64,000 nucleotides of DNA, from positions 928,001 to 992,000 of the forward strand of contig CAWGAA010000001.1 in assembly GCA_963820525.1 (NCBI GenBank), in the 5' to 3' direction. The position numbers and the translations under genes were made by a program. Below the pieces are notes generated by a model, which was not told where the DNA came from, did not search any database, and saw only the letters and a program-made list of their open reading frames with translations. This DNA comes from an uncultured Spirochaetota bacterium (GTDB lineage Bacteria; Spirochaetota; Spirochaetia; SZUA-6; Fen-1364). Each line of letters begins with the position of its first letter. Position 1 is the first letter of the stretch. Shown in pieces: positions 1 through 9,487 of this stretch.

Positions 1-324
1 GGCGACGTGGTTCAGCCCGGGCAGACCATCGTCTCGGTGAGCGATCTGGACAACGTCTGGGTTACGGCCAATTTCGAGGAAACCAAGATCGGGAGGATCC
101 GCGTCGATGCGCCGGTTGAAATAGCCGTTGACGCCTTCAGGGACCGCCAATTCAGAGGCCGGGTGGCAATGATCGGCGCGGCCATTGTGGCTCCCCCGTT
201 CTCGATAGGAGAGTTCACCAAGACGACTCAACGCGTCCCGGTCAAGATCGTCTTCGACGCTATCCCCGGCTCCGTGACCCTCCTTCCCGGCATGTCAGTC
301 GAGGTAAAGGTAAGGACCCAATAG
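1..324 (+). CDS. HlyD/EmrA-family efflux membrane-fusion protein, C-terminal part (5' end lies outside the window)
   Basis: Frame is open from base 1; motifs VWVTANFEET, GEFTKTTQRVPVKI and LLPGMSVEVKV are typical of EmrA-type adaptors. Confidence 0.9.
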   Translation, partial: GDVVQPGQTIVSVSDLDNVWVTANFEETKIGRIRVDAPVEIAVDAFRDRQFRGRVAMIGAAIVAPPFSIGEFTKTTQRVPVKIVFDAIPGSVTLLPGMSVEVKVRTQ

Positions 325-478
325 TTGACGAGCGCGATTGCGCCAATCCTACGTCCGTCACTACGACAAGCGAGGCGCCCTGATCGGTCTTTGATGTAGT
401 ACTGCTTTCTGGAAGTCTGGCGCGGAGCGCTTCACCCCCGCCCTTTATTCCGCGTTCCGCTCATGCTACGATACGGCC

Positions 479-1408
479 GTGCCCGTCGGGTATCTCATCT
501 TCCACGCTGTTTGCGTCTCTTCCGCCCTGGGCGTGCTGATCGCGCTTGGGGCCATGTATCGGATATCCGGGACAAAGGGGCTGCCTTCTCTCACCCTGGC
601 GTTCCTCTCGCAGCTCATGAGCTATACCCTGGGTATCGCGCTGGTCTGGGGCGGCACGCGCATCCCCCTGATCCAGGGCGGCCTGCAGGAGAAGATCCTC
701 CTCACGATCAAGTTCGTTCTTCAAAGCTCGGTAACGCTTCTCTTCCCCATTGCCGCGCGCGGGCTTCTGACTCTTGCGCCGACGCGCGGAGCGCGGACCG
801 TTCTCTGGTCTTTCATCTCCACGTGCGCTCTCGCGCTGGCGATTTTCTGGGTCCTGCCCGCCAGGCTCGAACCGATTGTCCTGACGGCGCTGGGAATCTT
901 TTCCCTGGTCACGTACGCCCTTTCGATGGCCTACAGCATTTCGCTCCCGCTCTGCCGCTCAGAGCTGATCGCGGCGAGGTACAGGCGGCCGGTGCGCGTT
1001 TTGGCGATCGTCTTCCTTGTCCTTGTCGAATCGATGATGGTACAGGATGCGGCCATCATAGTGGGGGCCCCGCTTCCCCCCGGGCTGCTCGACGGAGCCT
1101 GTTTCCTCGCCTTGTCCATCACGATCCTCGTTTTCTGCCTGGATATTCTGCTCTCCAGGGCGAAGATCTCGGGTCCTTTGCCAGGCTGGCGCGAGTTCGG
1201 GCTTTCCCATGGCCTGACGGACCGGGAGCTGGATATCCTCGCGGGGCTTCTCAGAGGTTCACGCTACAAGGAGATCGCGCAGCGGCTGTCCATCTCTCTG
1301 GACACCGTGAAAACCCACGCGGGCCGCGTGTACAGGAAATCCGGGGTCGCCTCCCGGACCCAGCTTCGCTACCTCTGCCGCCTCGACGACGCCCAGGACA
1401 ACCGCTAG
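479..1408 (+). CDS. Membrane-anchored LuxR/NarL-type HTH transcriptional regulator
   Basis: About 7 hydrophobic segments followed by a LuxR HTH (LTDRELDIL...YKEIAQRLSISLDTVKTHAGRVYRKSGVASRTQL); no receiver domain. Confidence 0.88.
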   Translation: MPVGYLIFHAVCVSSALGVLIALGAMYRISGTKGLPSLTLAFLSQLMSYTLGIALVWGGTRIPLIQGGLQEKILLTIKFVLQSSVTLLFPIAARGLLTLAPTRGARTVLWSFISTCALALAIFWVLPARLEPIVLTALGIFSLVTYALSMAYSISLPLCRSELIAARYRRPVRVLAIVFLVLVESMMVQDAAIIVGAPLPPGLLDGACFLALSITILVFCLDILLSRAKISGPLPGWREFGLSHGLTDRELDILAGLLRGSRYKEIAQRLSISLDTVKTHAGRVYRKSGVASRTQLRYLCRLDDAQDNR

Positions 1409-1425
1409 GGCAGGCTGCCCCGCCG

Positions 1426-1503
1426 TCACCCGAAAATCACCCGCAAAATGCACAAAAGTCACCCATCGGGTGATACTCACGTGAAAGCTTCCCAAGCGAT
1501 AAT
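1426..1503 (+). promoter_or_regulatory. Putative LuxR-type operator array and -10 box upstream of the CPBP gene
   Basis: TCACCC at 1426, 1437 and 1459; perfect inverted repeat TCACCC-atc-GGGTGA at 1459-1473; palindrome TCACGTGA at 1477-1484; GATAAT at 1498-1503; SD-like AAGGAG before ATG 1537. Confidence 0.65.
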
Positions 1504-1536
1504 AGATCAACGTTTGACTATACAAAGGAGTCTTTC

Positions 1537-2319
1537 ATGAACAGTGACCGATTCGTCTGGGAAAAAACGAAGCAGCTTTCAATTGGAGGGATGCTTCTAG
1601 CCACCTTCATCCCGAGCGCCGTTGCCTTTGCAGGCTTCCATGGAGTCGCCCCGCGCCTTGTTGGGGCGGGCATGCCGTCCCTGTACGCCTGGTACGCGGT
1701 GGCAATAGCTGCGCTCGCGGGTTTCGTCGTCGTGGCGCTTGTCTTTCTTTCGCGCGAGGCGCGCAGTCTCGGCATTCCCTTGCTTGAGAGGCTCTGCTTC
1801 AAGGGCATATCGGGAAAAATGTGGCTGGCGGCAATCTCGGTCATGATCGCATCCATAGCCGTGAGCTTCGCCGTCAAGCCCCTTGTGCAGCCCTTCATGG
1901 GCCTTTTTGGTCTTCGCGTCCCCGGATACACCCCATTCTTCCTCAATCCGTCTATGGCGGTCTCTCCTTCGACGGCGAGCTCTCTCGCGCCCGGCGTTCA
2001 GCTCAAGGGCAATTTCGGGCTCCTCGGCCTTCAAGCCATTGTCCTCATCCTCATCATTTCAGCAGAAGAGTCCTACTTCCGCGCCTGGATGCTGCCCAAG
2101 CTCTCGCGATTCGGCAAAGCCTCCTGGATCGTGAACGGCGTCCTCTTCGCCTGCTATCACTCATTCCAGATCTGGCTTCTGCCCCAGATCCTGATCGCGA
2201 GCCTCGGGATGGCGCTGGTGGTGCGCATGACCCGCAGCATCTGGCCCGCCGTCGCCGGCCACCTGATAGGAGATTTCCTCCTGGGGATGCTCAGCGCCAC
2301 GATTCTCGTGCTCGCCTAA
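1537..2319 (+). CDS. CPBP (Abi/CAAX protease-like) intramembrane metalloprotease
   Basis: Motifs AEESYFR, FACYH and H...D (GHLIGD); multiple TM segments; good SD. Confidence 0.85.
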   Translation: MNSDRFVWEKTKQLSIGGMLLATFIPSAVAFAGFHGVAPRLVGAGMPSLYAWYAVAIAALAGFVVVALVFLSREARSLGIPLLERLCFKGISGKMWLAAISVMIASIAVSFAVKPLVQPFMGLFGLRVPGYTPFFLNPSMAVSPSTASSLAPGVQLKGNFGLLGLQAIVLILIISAEESYFRAWMLPKLSRFGKASWIVNGVLFACYHSFQIWLLPQILIASLGMALVVRMTRSIWPAVAGHLIGDFLLGMLSATILVLA

Positions 2320-3329
2320 GGCGCCATGTAGCGGCGGAACCTCTGCGTCCAGCTGAGCGCGAAAGCCCGATTGAAACCGGGGATACGCTCAAGCAGGAAG
2401 AGCAGCCGGTCAAAGGCGGTGAACTGCGCGATGGTGCCAACCGCCGCGAAACCCGATGCAAGGGCAACGGCGAGCGGGACGGCGAGAACAGATCCATGGG
2501 TCAGGGCCGTGCCCAAGGCTGCACCGCCTGCAATCGCGGCGATCAGGACCGCGACGTTGAGCGAGAGGTGGATGACCGCCTTCACCGCGGAGACTTGGAT
2601 GGCTGTCCGCCTGCACGAGTTGATGCACCGCCCGCAGCCAATGCAGTCAAAACCCCAGCGAGGCCGCCGGAGCCTACCGCCGGACATTCGGATGACGCCG
2701 CCGGGACACTCCCGGGCGCAGAGGCCGCACCCATCGCAGCCCAGGTCCGCGACGTTGAGCTTCGCGAGCCCTCGCCTGCCGATGAGAAGATAGATGGGTG
2801 AAACGACGGCCGTGACTACAGCCATGCCGGGAGAGCTTCGATAGAAGGAGCGTTCCCCCCGGGCCAGCGTGTCTGCGAGCGCGTCGATCCTGGGCGCTGC
2901 CAGATCTATAATGAGCTTCGCGTCCTCAGCGGATGGGGGGTTGGCAACCTGCGTCCAGTTGACAGGATAAACGGCACCGCCTGTGGCAACGACATCGTAG
3001 CCTCGCCGGCGAAGAATTGCCGCAAACCGGTCCATGCAGCTGCCCGGGCCCCCGCCCCAGGTCGCCATGACGGCCGCCTTGGCCTCCTTCACCCTCGGCA
3101 GACGCTTCGCGAAGGCGCGTACCACCGACGGCGCAGCCCAACCCAGCACTGGGAACGAGAACACCGTCATGTCAGGCACGCCCTTCGCGGCATCAGCCCC
3201 CACTGCACTTCCGCCGATAATCGGCTTTTCGTCCACAGACCAACCCGCGGCCCGTAATCTCGCCGCGAGCCGCCGGACCGCTATCCTCGTGTTTCCCGTG
3301 CCGGAGAACCAGTAGACGATGGCGTTCAT
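2316..3329 (-). CDS. EFR1-family ferredoxin (flavodoxin-like domain plus 2x[4Fe-4S]) with C-terminal TM helices
   Basis: N-terminal YWFSGTGNT; CDGCGLCARECP and CIGCGRCINSC; start placed at ATG 3329, next to the upstream stop codon. Confidence 0.85.
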   Translation of the reverse strand: MNAIVYWFSGTGNTRIAVRRLAARLRAAGWSVDEKPIIGGSAVGADAAKGVPDMTVFSFPVLGWAAPSVVRAFAKRLPRVKEAKAAVMATWGGGPGSCMDRFAAILRRRGYDVVATGGAVYPVNWTQVANPPSAEDAKLIIDLAAPRIDALADTLARGERSFYRSSPGMAVVTAVVSPIYLLIGRRGLAKLNVADLGCDGCGLCARECPGGVIRMSGGRLRRPRWGFDCIGCGRCINSCRRTAIQVSAVKAVIHLSLNVAVLIAAIAGGAALGTALTHGSVLAVPLAVALASGFAAVGTIAQFTAFDRLLFLLERIPGFNRAFALSWTQRFRRYMAP

Positions 3330-3330
3330 G

Positions 3331-4476
3331 TCAGGTATGCGCCGCGGGAACGATGTACTTCTCGATGAGCGGGAAGATCTCGCCATGCCCATGGTCCGGG
3401 GTCCGTGCCGTTGTCACAATGACCATCTGCCGATCCGGGATAACGAATATGGTCTGCCCATCCAACCCAAGAGCGCTATAGGCGTTGAGCGACGGATAGG
3501 TCCACCAGAGGTAGCCATAGTCGATGGGAGCGGGGCCGCCCACCTTGATATGAGTCCGGGTCGCGGTTTTCACCCAGCCCTTTGATACGATCTGCCGCCC
3601 CTCCCACACGCCGTCATGCAGGAAGAGGTAGCCCAGCTTGGCCATGTCTTGCGGAGTCATCTGGAGTCCCCAGCCGCCATTGGGAATTCCCTTGGAGTCA
3701 ACCTCCCATTGGTAACGGGAAATCCCGAGGGGTTTGAAAAGCGTATCCTGAGCGAACGCCCGGGTGTTCCTGCCCGTCTTGAGCTGGACGATTGCCGAGA
3801 GCAGATGCGCGCACCCCGAATTGTAATTGAACCGCGTCCCCGGCTTGTCCAGCATAGGTTTGTCCATAACGAAGTCGACCCAATCCGGGCTTCGAGACAG
3901 GCCGGCATAGGTCTGGTTGTTTTCGATCCAGGCCAACCCCGAGGTCATCGTAAGCAGATTCTCCAGGGTCATTTCACTCTTCTGAGCATCCTGGTTCTGG
4001 AACGCTCGATTGGCGAACACATCCTCGACGGGGACATCGACCCCCGAGATGTATCCCCTATCGATTGCGATGCCCACCAACGTGGAGACGAAGCTCTTCG
4101 TGCACGAATAGAGCACGTGCGTCAGCTCGGGACGAAAGGATTCGAAGTAGTTTTCGCTGACGATGTAGCCGTTTCGGATGACCAGGAGGCTATGGAGGCC
4201 GGTGTTGCGCCCTTTGATGTGCTCCAGCATCTGGGCAAGCTTTTGCGAATCCATGTTCTGCGCTTCGGGCGAGGATGTTCGCCAGCCGGCCGTAGGCCAA
4301 TATTCTGGAGTGCCCGTCTGTGACGCCGCCCCGGTCTGTGCATCGGAGGGGGCCGCGGCTACTATTGATGCACCTTTGTCGGACGTCCTGGCCGCGCAGC
4401 TCAAGAGAAGAATAAGAAGAATCAATGAGAGAACAGATCCAAAGACTTCCCGAAACGCGCGCCGAGCATGCTTCAT
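3331..4476 (-). CDS. Serine hydrolase, beta-lactamase class C/NylB-like lipoprotein
   Basis: SCTK (SxxK), LLTMTSG, FNYNS; lipobox LLLSC; SD GAGGAG before ATG 4476. Confidence 0.88.
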   Translation of the reverse strand: MKHARRAFREVFGSVLSLILLILLLSCAARTSDKGASIVAAAPSDAQTGAASQTGTPEYWPTAGWRTSSPEAQNMDSQKLAQMLEHIKGRNTGLHSLLVIRNGYIVSENYFESFRPELTHVLYSCTKSFVSTLVGIAIDRGYISGVDVPVEDVFANRAFQNQDAQKSEMTLENLLTMTSGLAWIENNQTYAGLSRSPDWVDFVMDKPMLDKPGTRFNYNSGCAHLLSAIVQLKTGRNTRAFAQDTLFKPLGISRYQWEVDSKGIPNGGWGLQMTPQDMAKLGYLFLHDGVWEGRQIVSKGWVKTATRTHIKVGGPAPIDYGYLWWTYPSLNAYSALGLDGQTIFVIPDRQMVIVTTARTPDHGHGEIFPLIEKYIVPAAHT

Positions 4477-4759
4477 GACTTGCTCCTCGAGGCTTATTGG
4501 GCACCACCGTATCCGATTCAACCAGAGGTGAGCAAGAGTGGACCTCGACGTCCCCGTTCGACGGCCGCCTGAATGGCATCGCACCTGCTATCACTGATGC
4601 AACGCGCGCGGGAATCTGGTATCATGATGGTCTCCTCGACGCTCCTGAAGCGGTTCGACTGCGATTGAATCTTTGCGTCGTCGAGATCGGTTTGCATCTT
4701 CTTGACGAACGCCATAAGCGAAGGTGGCTCTTTGGCAATCGGCAAAACGTTCGAGGGAT

Positions 4760-5881
4760 TCAGCCGGCTGTAACTGAAAATGCCAATTCTTCACGCTCCC
4801 ACAAATCCCTTGCGAATTGAGGGGAAGGAAGGCCAAGCTCCGAAAGAGAGATTTCCGCCCGCGTCGCGGTTTCTCCAGTGTTGAAGCATGCCACGAATCT
4901 CTCTCCGGCAGCCGTCCCGGAGGTCCAGACAATGACGGGCCCTTCCCTGCGCACGGGCCGGGCGTCGAGACCCTGCCGATGCATTTCAAGCACTTCGGCA
5001 TTGGTCAGAAGCCCCGTGGTCCATGGGTCATTGTCAGCCAGCTCGCCACCGAACATCAACGGAGACCTGAAGATGGTCCAGAGGGTCATCATGGCGAGCT
5101 GCTCGTCTTTCGTGAACCTGGTCCACCTGTCGCCATCCACGGAACGGATGCCGATGTGCCCGAGGGGAAGGATGTCGCAGTCCGGCCAATGCCCCGGGCC
5201 GGCATATCGATGCCACATCCCGCAGCGGAAAAACATGTCGAGGAGCAATTCCCACCGATCCCAGAAGTCGTCGGTGATGCGCCACATGTTCGCCAGGATA
5301 GCGAAATCTCCCGCATGCTCCAGGGGGGCAGGCCCCGGCGAAAGGCTCAAGACGATATCGCGTCCGCACCAATCCACGGCATCGCGGATCAGCCTTATCT
5401 CTTCCAGGTGCGCGCCGTAGAGCCGCGACGCGGCTATGTCGTCTGCTTTGACAAAATCCACTCCCCACGAAGCGTAGAGGTCGAAGAGGGACCGATAATA
5501 TGCGCGGGCTCCTGGGAACTCCGGATTCACCCCGTACATGTCGGTGTTCCACGGACAGATGGAGTTGGGATGCGCGATCTGCCGGGCCGTGTCCGAAGAG
5601 CCGAGGATCGGGCTGTTCTGATGAACGGCCTGCCGCGGGATTCCTCTCATGATGTGGATGCCGAATTTCAGTCCGAGCCCGTGGACAAAGTCCGCAAGCG
5701 GTCCGAATCCCTTTCCGTCCGCCGCGGGCTCGTACCACTGAATGTCCACGACAATGTATTGCCACCCGTACACCTTCAGGTTCCGCGCCATCCACTCGGC
5801 GTTCCTCCTCACATCTTCCTCGGTGACGCTTGGCCCATAGCAATCCCAGCTGTTCCAGCCCATGGGAGGGGTCGCTGCCAA
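4760..5881 (-). pseudogene. GH27 alpha-galactosidase-like gene with apparent internal deletion and unclear start
   Basis: TPPMGWNSWD, VDIQWYEP, LGLKFGIH, DFVKADD, WRITDDFWD, WPDCDILPLG; WYEP joins directly to AADGKGF; the only in-frame start near the N-terminus is a weak TTG. Confidence 0.7.
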
Positions 5882-5932
5882 GAGGGATGATGCGCGCCCG
5901 CACGCCTTTCCTGCCCTCGATTTGAGTATATT

Positions 5933-6919
5933 ATGAAAATGAAAACATATCGCATTGCGCACACACCGTATGAAGTTACCCGAATCGCCTATGGTTGCAT
6001 GGGAACAGGCGGCGGGTGGGGACCGGGGCCCCTGTCGAATCAGACGCGCAAGGAAGCGCTCGTGTCTGTCCGCGCGGCGTTGGACGAGGGGATCACCTTC
6101 TACGACCACGCCGACATCTACGGCCGCGGCAGGTGCGAAGAAGCCTTCTCGGGGATCTGGATGGAACGGCCCGGGCTTCGATCGAGGATAATCCTGCAGA
6201 CCAAGTGCGGAATACGGTTCAAGAACGATCCCGTAGAGGGAGCGCCCCTGCGCTACGACTTCTCCCGTGAGCACATCCTGGCATCCGTCGAGGGAAGCCT
6301 CAAACGCTTGAAGACGGACTATGTCGATATCCTGCTCCTCCACCGTCCCGACGCGCTGGTGGAGCCGGAAGAGGTGGCGGAAGCCTTCGACCTGCTCTCC
6401 ACCTCCGGCAAGGTGCGCCACTTCGGCGTGAGCAATCATTCGGCCCGGCAGATAGAGCTCCTGAAGCGATGGGTGGCCCAACCGCTCGTCGTGAACCAGC
6501 TCGAATTGAACGTGGTGCACAGCCAGCTGATCGATGCGGGTGTAATCGTCAACCAGGACGAGCAGTCCCGTTCCCCGCACGGCGCGGGCACCCTGGAATA
6601 TTGCCGTCTGAACGACATCATGATCCAGGCATGGAGCCCCGTTGCTCACGGCAGAATTGCAAAAGCGGCCTCAGGACAGGGCGACCCGAGGTTGAATGCC
6701 GCGGCGGCATCGGCAAAGATATTGGCAGTGAAAAAGGGCGTCTCCATGGATGCCATCCTGGTTGCCTGGCTGCTGCGTCATCCCGCGGGCATCCAACCCA
6801 TCATCGGAACGACGAATACCGACCGCATCAAGGAAGCCTGCGCGGCGGACAATGTCGAGCTGACTCGGGAGGAATGGTACGAGCTGTTCACCGCCGGCCG
6901 CGGGGCTTCGGTGGCCTGA
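5933..6919 (+). CDS. Aldo/keto reductase (YdhF-like); start is ATG 5933 or 5939
   Basis: YDHADIYG, QTKCGI, DILLLHRPD, GKVRHFGVSN, QPIIGTTN. Confidence 0.93.
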   Translation: MKMKTYRIAHTPYEVTRIAYGCMGTGGGWGPGPLSNQTRKEALVSVRAALDEGITFYDHADIYGRGRCEEAFSGIWMERPGLRSRIILQTKCGIRFKNDPVEGAPLRYDFSREHILASVEGSLKRLKTDYVDILLLHRPDALVEPEEVAEAFDLLSTSGKVRHFGVSNHSARQIELLKRWVAQPLVVNQLELNVVHSQLIDAGVIVNQDEQSRSPHGAGTLEYCRLNDIMIQAWSPVAHGRIAKAASGQGDPRLNAAAASAKILAVKKGVSMDAILVAWLLRHPAGIQPIIGTTNTDRIKEACAADNVELTREEWYELFTAGRGASVA

Positions 6920-6961
6920 GCCAGATTCCCACAAGGCCCACATCGTCAGTATCTTTTTTTC

Positions 6962-7672
6962 ATGAATCTACGAATTGGAACCAGCGGTTACAGCTATAAG
7001 GAATGGAAGGGGAACTTCTATCCGGAAAGCCTCAAAGCCGCAGATATGCTTTCTTTCTACGGCCAACGGCTGGGTACAGTGGAGATCAACAACACCTTCT
7101 ACCGCATGCCCACGCTGAAGCTTCTGGATGGATGGGCTTCGCAGGTGCCGGACACGTTCCGCTTTGTCCTGAAGGTCTCGCAGAAGATCACCCACTTCAA
7201 GCGCCTCAAGGGAGTCGAAGAGGAGGCGAGCTACCTCATGGAGACCGTGCGCACGTTGGGACCCAAGCTCGGAGCGCTTCTTGTCCAGCTTCCACCCAAC
7301 TTCGCGCGGGATGACGGACGCCTCTCCGCTTTCCTGGATCTCATATCCGGGGTGCGGGCAGCCCTCGAGGTTCGCCATCCCTCGTGGTTGGAGCCCGAGG
7401 TTTTTGCCCTCCTCGAACGGCATGGCGTCGCGCTGGTAGCGAGCCAGACCGATGAAGAGCCGGAGCCGCGGCTTGTCCATACCGCCCCGTGGGGTTATCT
7501 GCGACTTCGAAAGACGTCCTACCAGCCGAGCGAGCTTGAGGAATGGTCCAAGCGGATTGGCGCTCAGGGGTGGGACGAAGCCTTCGTGTTCTTCAAGCAT
7601 GAGCAGATCGCACCGGATCTTGCACAGAAGCTGTCGGCGGCGGCCGTGAGCGCCCCGAAGGCCTCCGGATAG
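6962..7672 (+). CDS. DUF72 (YecE-like) protein
   Basis: IGTSGYSYKEWKGNFYP, VEINNTFYRMP, LVQLPPNF, YLRLR. Confidence 0.93.
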   Translation: MNLRIGTSGYSYKEWKGNFYPESLKAADMLSFYGQRLGTVEINNTFYRMPTLKLLDGWASQVPDTFRFVLKVSQKITHFKRLKGVEEEASYLMETVRTLGPKLGALLVQLPPNFARDDGRLSAFLDLISGVRAALEVRHPSWLEPEVFALLERHGVALVASQTDEEPEPRLVHTAPWGYLRLRKTSYQPSELEEWSKRIGAQGWDEAFVFFKHEQIAPDLAQKLSAAAVSAPKASG

Positions 7673-7772
7673 CAGCTTCGGATTCGTCGAATGGCACATT
7701 CCCGCATCTCGGGGTTGTTGACATCGGCTGCATCTCCAGAGCAATGTCCTTCCCGGAGGATCAGCGAATTTG

Positions 7773-9326
7773 ATGCCCTTCAAGCTTACGCGCGGAACTT
7801 TCGTGAGCGCCACGGCGATACTTATTTACATCTCAGTTGTCGAGCTCCTGGCTCATCTGCTGACCGCGAACAACTACGGGTACTTCATCGATGAGCTGTA
7901 CACGATCGCCTGCGGAAAACACCTCGCATTCGGCTACGTCGACATTCCGCCGCTCGTCCCCGCCCTCTCCCGACTGAGCGGCCTTCTGCTGGGCTACTCG
8001 CTGTTCGCCGTGCATGTCCTGCCGGCTCTCGCAGGAGGCCTCACCGTCTTCATGGCGGGTCTGGTGGCGCGCAGGCTCGGCGGGGGGAGGTTTGCCCAGG
8101 CCCTGACGGGCATCCTCGTGGCCCTCGGGCCGATGTGGCTCATCTTCAATTCCTGGATCGCGTATGACGGCATCGATCAGCTGGTAATGGTGACGTTTTT
8201 CACCGTCGTGCTGGGCCTGCTGAGGCAGGACAAGCCGATGCTCAGGGAATGGATCCTCTTCGGAGTGGTTGCGGGAATCGGCCTCATGACCAAGGGCTCC
8301 ATGCTGTTCTACGGCTTCGCCTTTCTGCTGGGCATGCTCCTGACCGACAGGCGCAGGAATTTCACGCAGGGGGGGCTGTGGATAGGAGGCGCGATTGCCC
8401 TTGCGATCTTCACGCCGTATATCGTCTGGCAATATCTTCACGGCTGGCCGGTGATCGAGTACTGGGGAATGTACGGGAGATTCAGGACGTACCACGCAAG
8501 CCCGCTGGAGTTCCTGATCATGCAGATCATCACCGTGAACCCCCTCACCCTGCCCCTGTGGGCGGCGGGGCTGTTTTTCTTTTTCTCGAAGTCCGGCAGG
8601 CAGTACCGGACCATCGGCTGGATGTTCCCCATCCTCTTCGTCATCTTCGCGGCAGTCAATGCCAAGTTCTACATGCTGACCGCCGCTTTCATTCCGCTGT
8701 TAGCCGCAGGGGCGGTGCAGCTTGAGAGATTCACAAGCTCTCTCCCCCGCAGGTGGCTCCGGCCGGCATACACGGCAACCGTCGCCCTCCTTGCCATCAT
8801 CTTCCTGCCCATCGCGCTCCCGATCCTTCCCGTGCGGTCCCTTGTCGCTTACATCAAGGGAGCATCCTTCATCATGGGCGCGGTCAAGACTGACAACGCG
8901 CAGACCATTGAATTGCCGCAATTCATCGCCGACCGCTTCGGGTGGGATACCATGGTGAAGGCGGTGGCCGAGGTCTACAACGGCCTGACACCGGCGGAAC
9001 AAGAGGAATGCGTCATCGTCGCGGGAAGCTACGGGCCGGCTGGGGCGATAGATCTCCTGGGTCCGGCATACGGCCTTCCCAATGCATCGAGCGGTCATCT
9101 CAGCTACTTCTTCTGGGGACCGGGGAAAAAGAGCGGCAGGGTCGCCATCGGCGTGCAGATGTCCCGGAGCGATTTGCTTCGCTACTTCACGGAGGTAGAG
9201 CAGAAGGCGATCGTACGCAGCGACTATGCGATGCCCTACAACACCAACATGCCGGTCTGGGTCTGCCGAGGCGCGCGTTTCGAATCGATCGCGGATGTCT
9301 GGCCGCAGGCAAAGCACTTCGATTAG
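7773..9326 (+). CDS. GT-C fold glycosyltransferase, family 39/PMT_2 (ArnT-like)
   Basis: YGYFIDELY, HLAFGYVDIPPL, GLMTK, many TM segments, extracytoplasmic C-terminal domain (ADRFGW, YGPAGAID, YFFWGP). Confidence 0.88.
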   Translation: MPFKLTRGTFVSATAILIYISVVELLAHLLTANNYGYFIDELYTIACGKHLAFGYVDIPPLVPALSRLSGLLLGYSLFAVHVLPALAGGLTVFMAGLVARRLGGGRFAQALTGILVALGPMWLIFNSWIAYDGIDQLVMVTFFTVVLGLLRQDKPMLREWILFGVVAGIGLMTKGSMLFYGFAFLLGMLLTDRRRNFTQGGLWIGGAIALAIFTPYIVWQYLHGWPVIEYWGMYGRFRTYHASPLEFLIMQIITVNPLTLPLWAAGLFFFFSKSGRQYRTIGWMFPILFVIFAAVNAKFYMLTAAFIPLLAAGAVQLERFTSSLPRRWLRPAYTATVALLAIIFLPIALPILPVRSLVAYIKGASFIMGAVKTDNAQTIELPQFIADRFGWDTMVKAVAEVYNGLTPAEQEECVIVAGSYGPAGAIDLLGPAYGLPNASSGHLSYFFWGPGKKSGRVAIGVQMSRSDLLRYFTEVEQKAIVRSDYAMPYNTNMPVWVCRGARFESIADVWPQAKHFD

Positions 9327-9487
9327 GCCAGGCCCGGAGCGCTCACCCGGCGCCGGATTTGCCGGCCAGGTTCGTTTAGTACACAAAAAAGCCTTTCCGT
9401 CTAAAGACTGCAGGCTGCTTCGCGGATAGGATCAGACGGATTCGATTGTACACGGCGCGGAATACAACTTAGGCAGAGAGGTTCATC

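Noticed and set aside
1426..1484. TCACCC repeats considered as a CRISPR or mobile-element end
   Set aside because: Too short and irregular, with no cas or transposase gene; better explained as an operator
3331..4476. Serine hydrolase as a true beta-lactam resistance gene
   Set aside because: The motifs fit the broad esterase/amidase branch (YNS, no KTG); resistance is not supported
4518..4745. 75-aa minus-strand ORF between the GH27 and serine hydrolase genes
   Set aside because: No motif or SD recognised; it could be a gene remnant but cannot be supported
5882..6649. Long N-terminal extension of the 629-aa ORF 4760..6649 (-), suggesting a GH27 fusion
   Set aside because: It is the antisense shadow of the aldo/keto reductase; GH27 similarity begins only at about 5881
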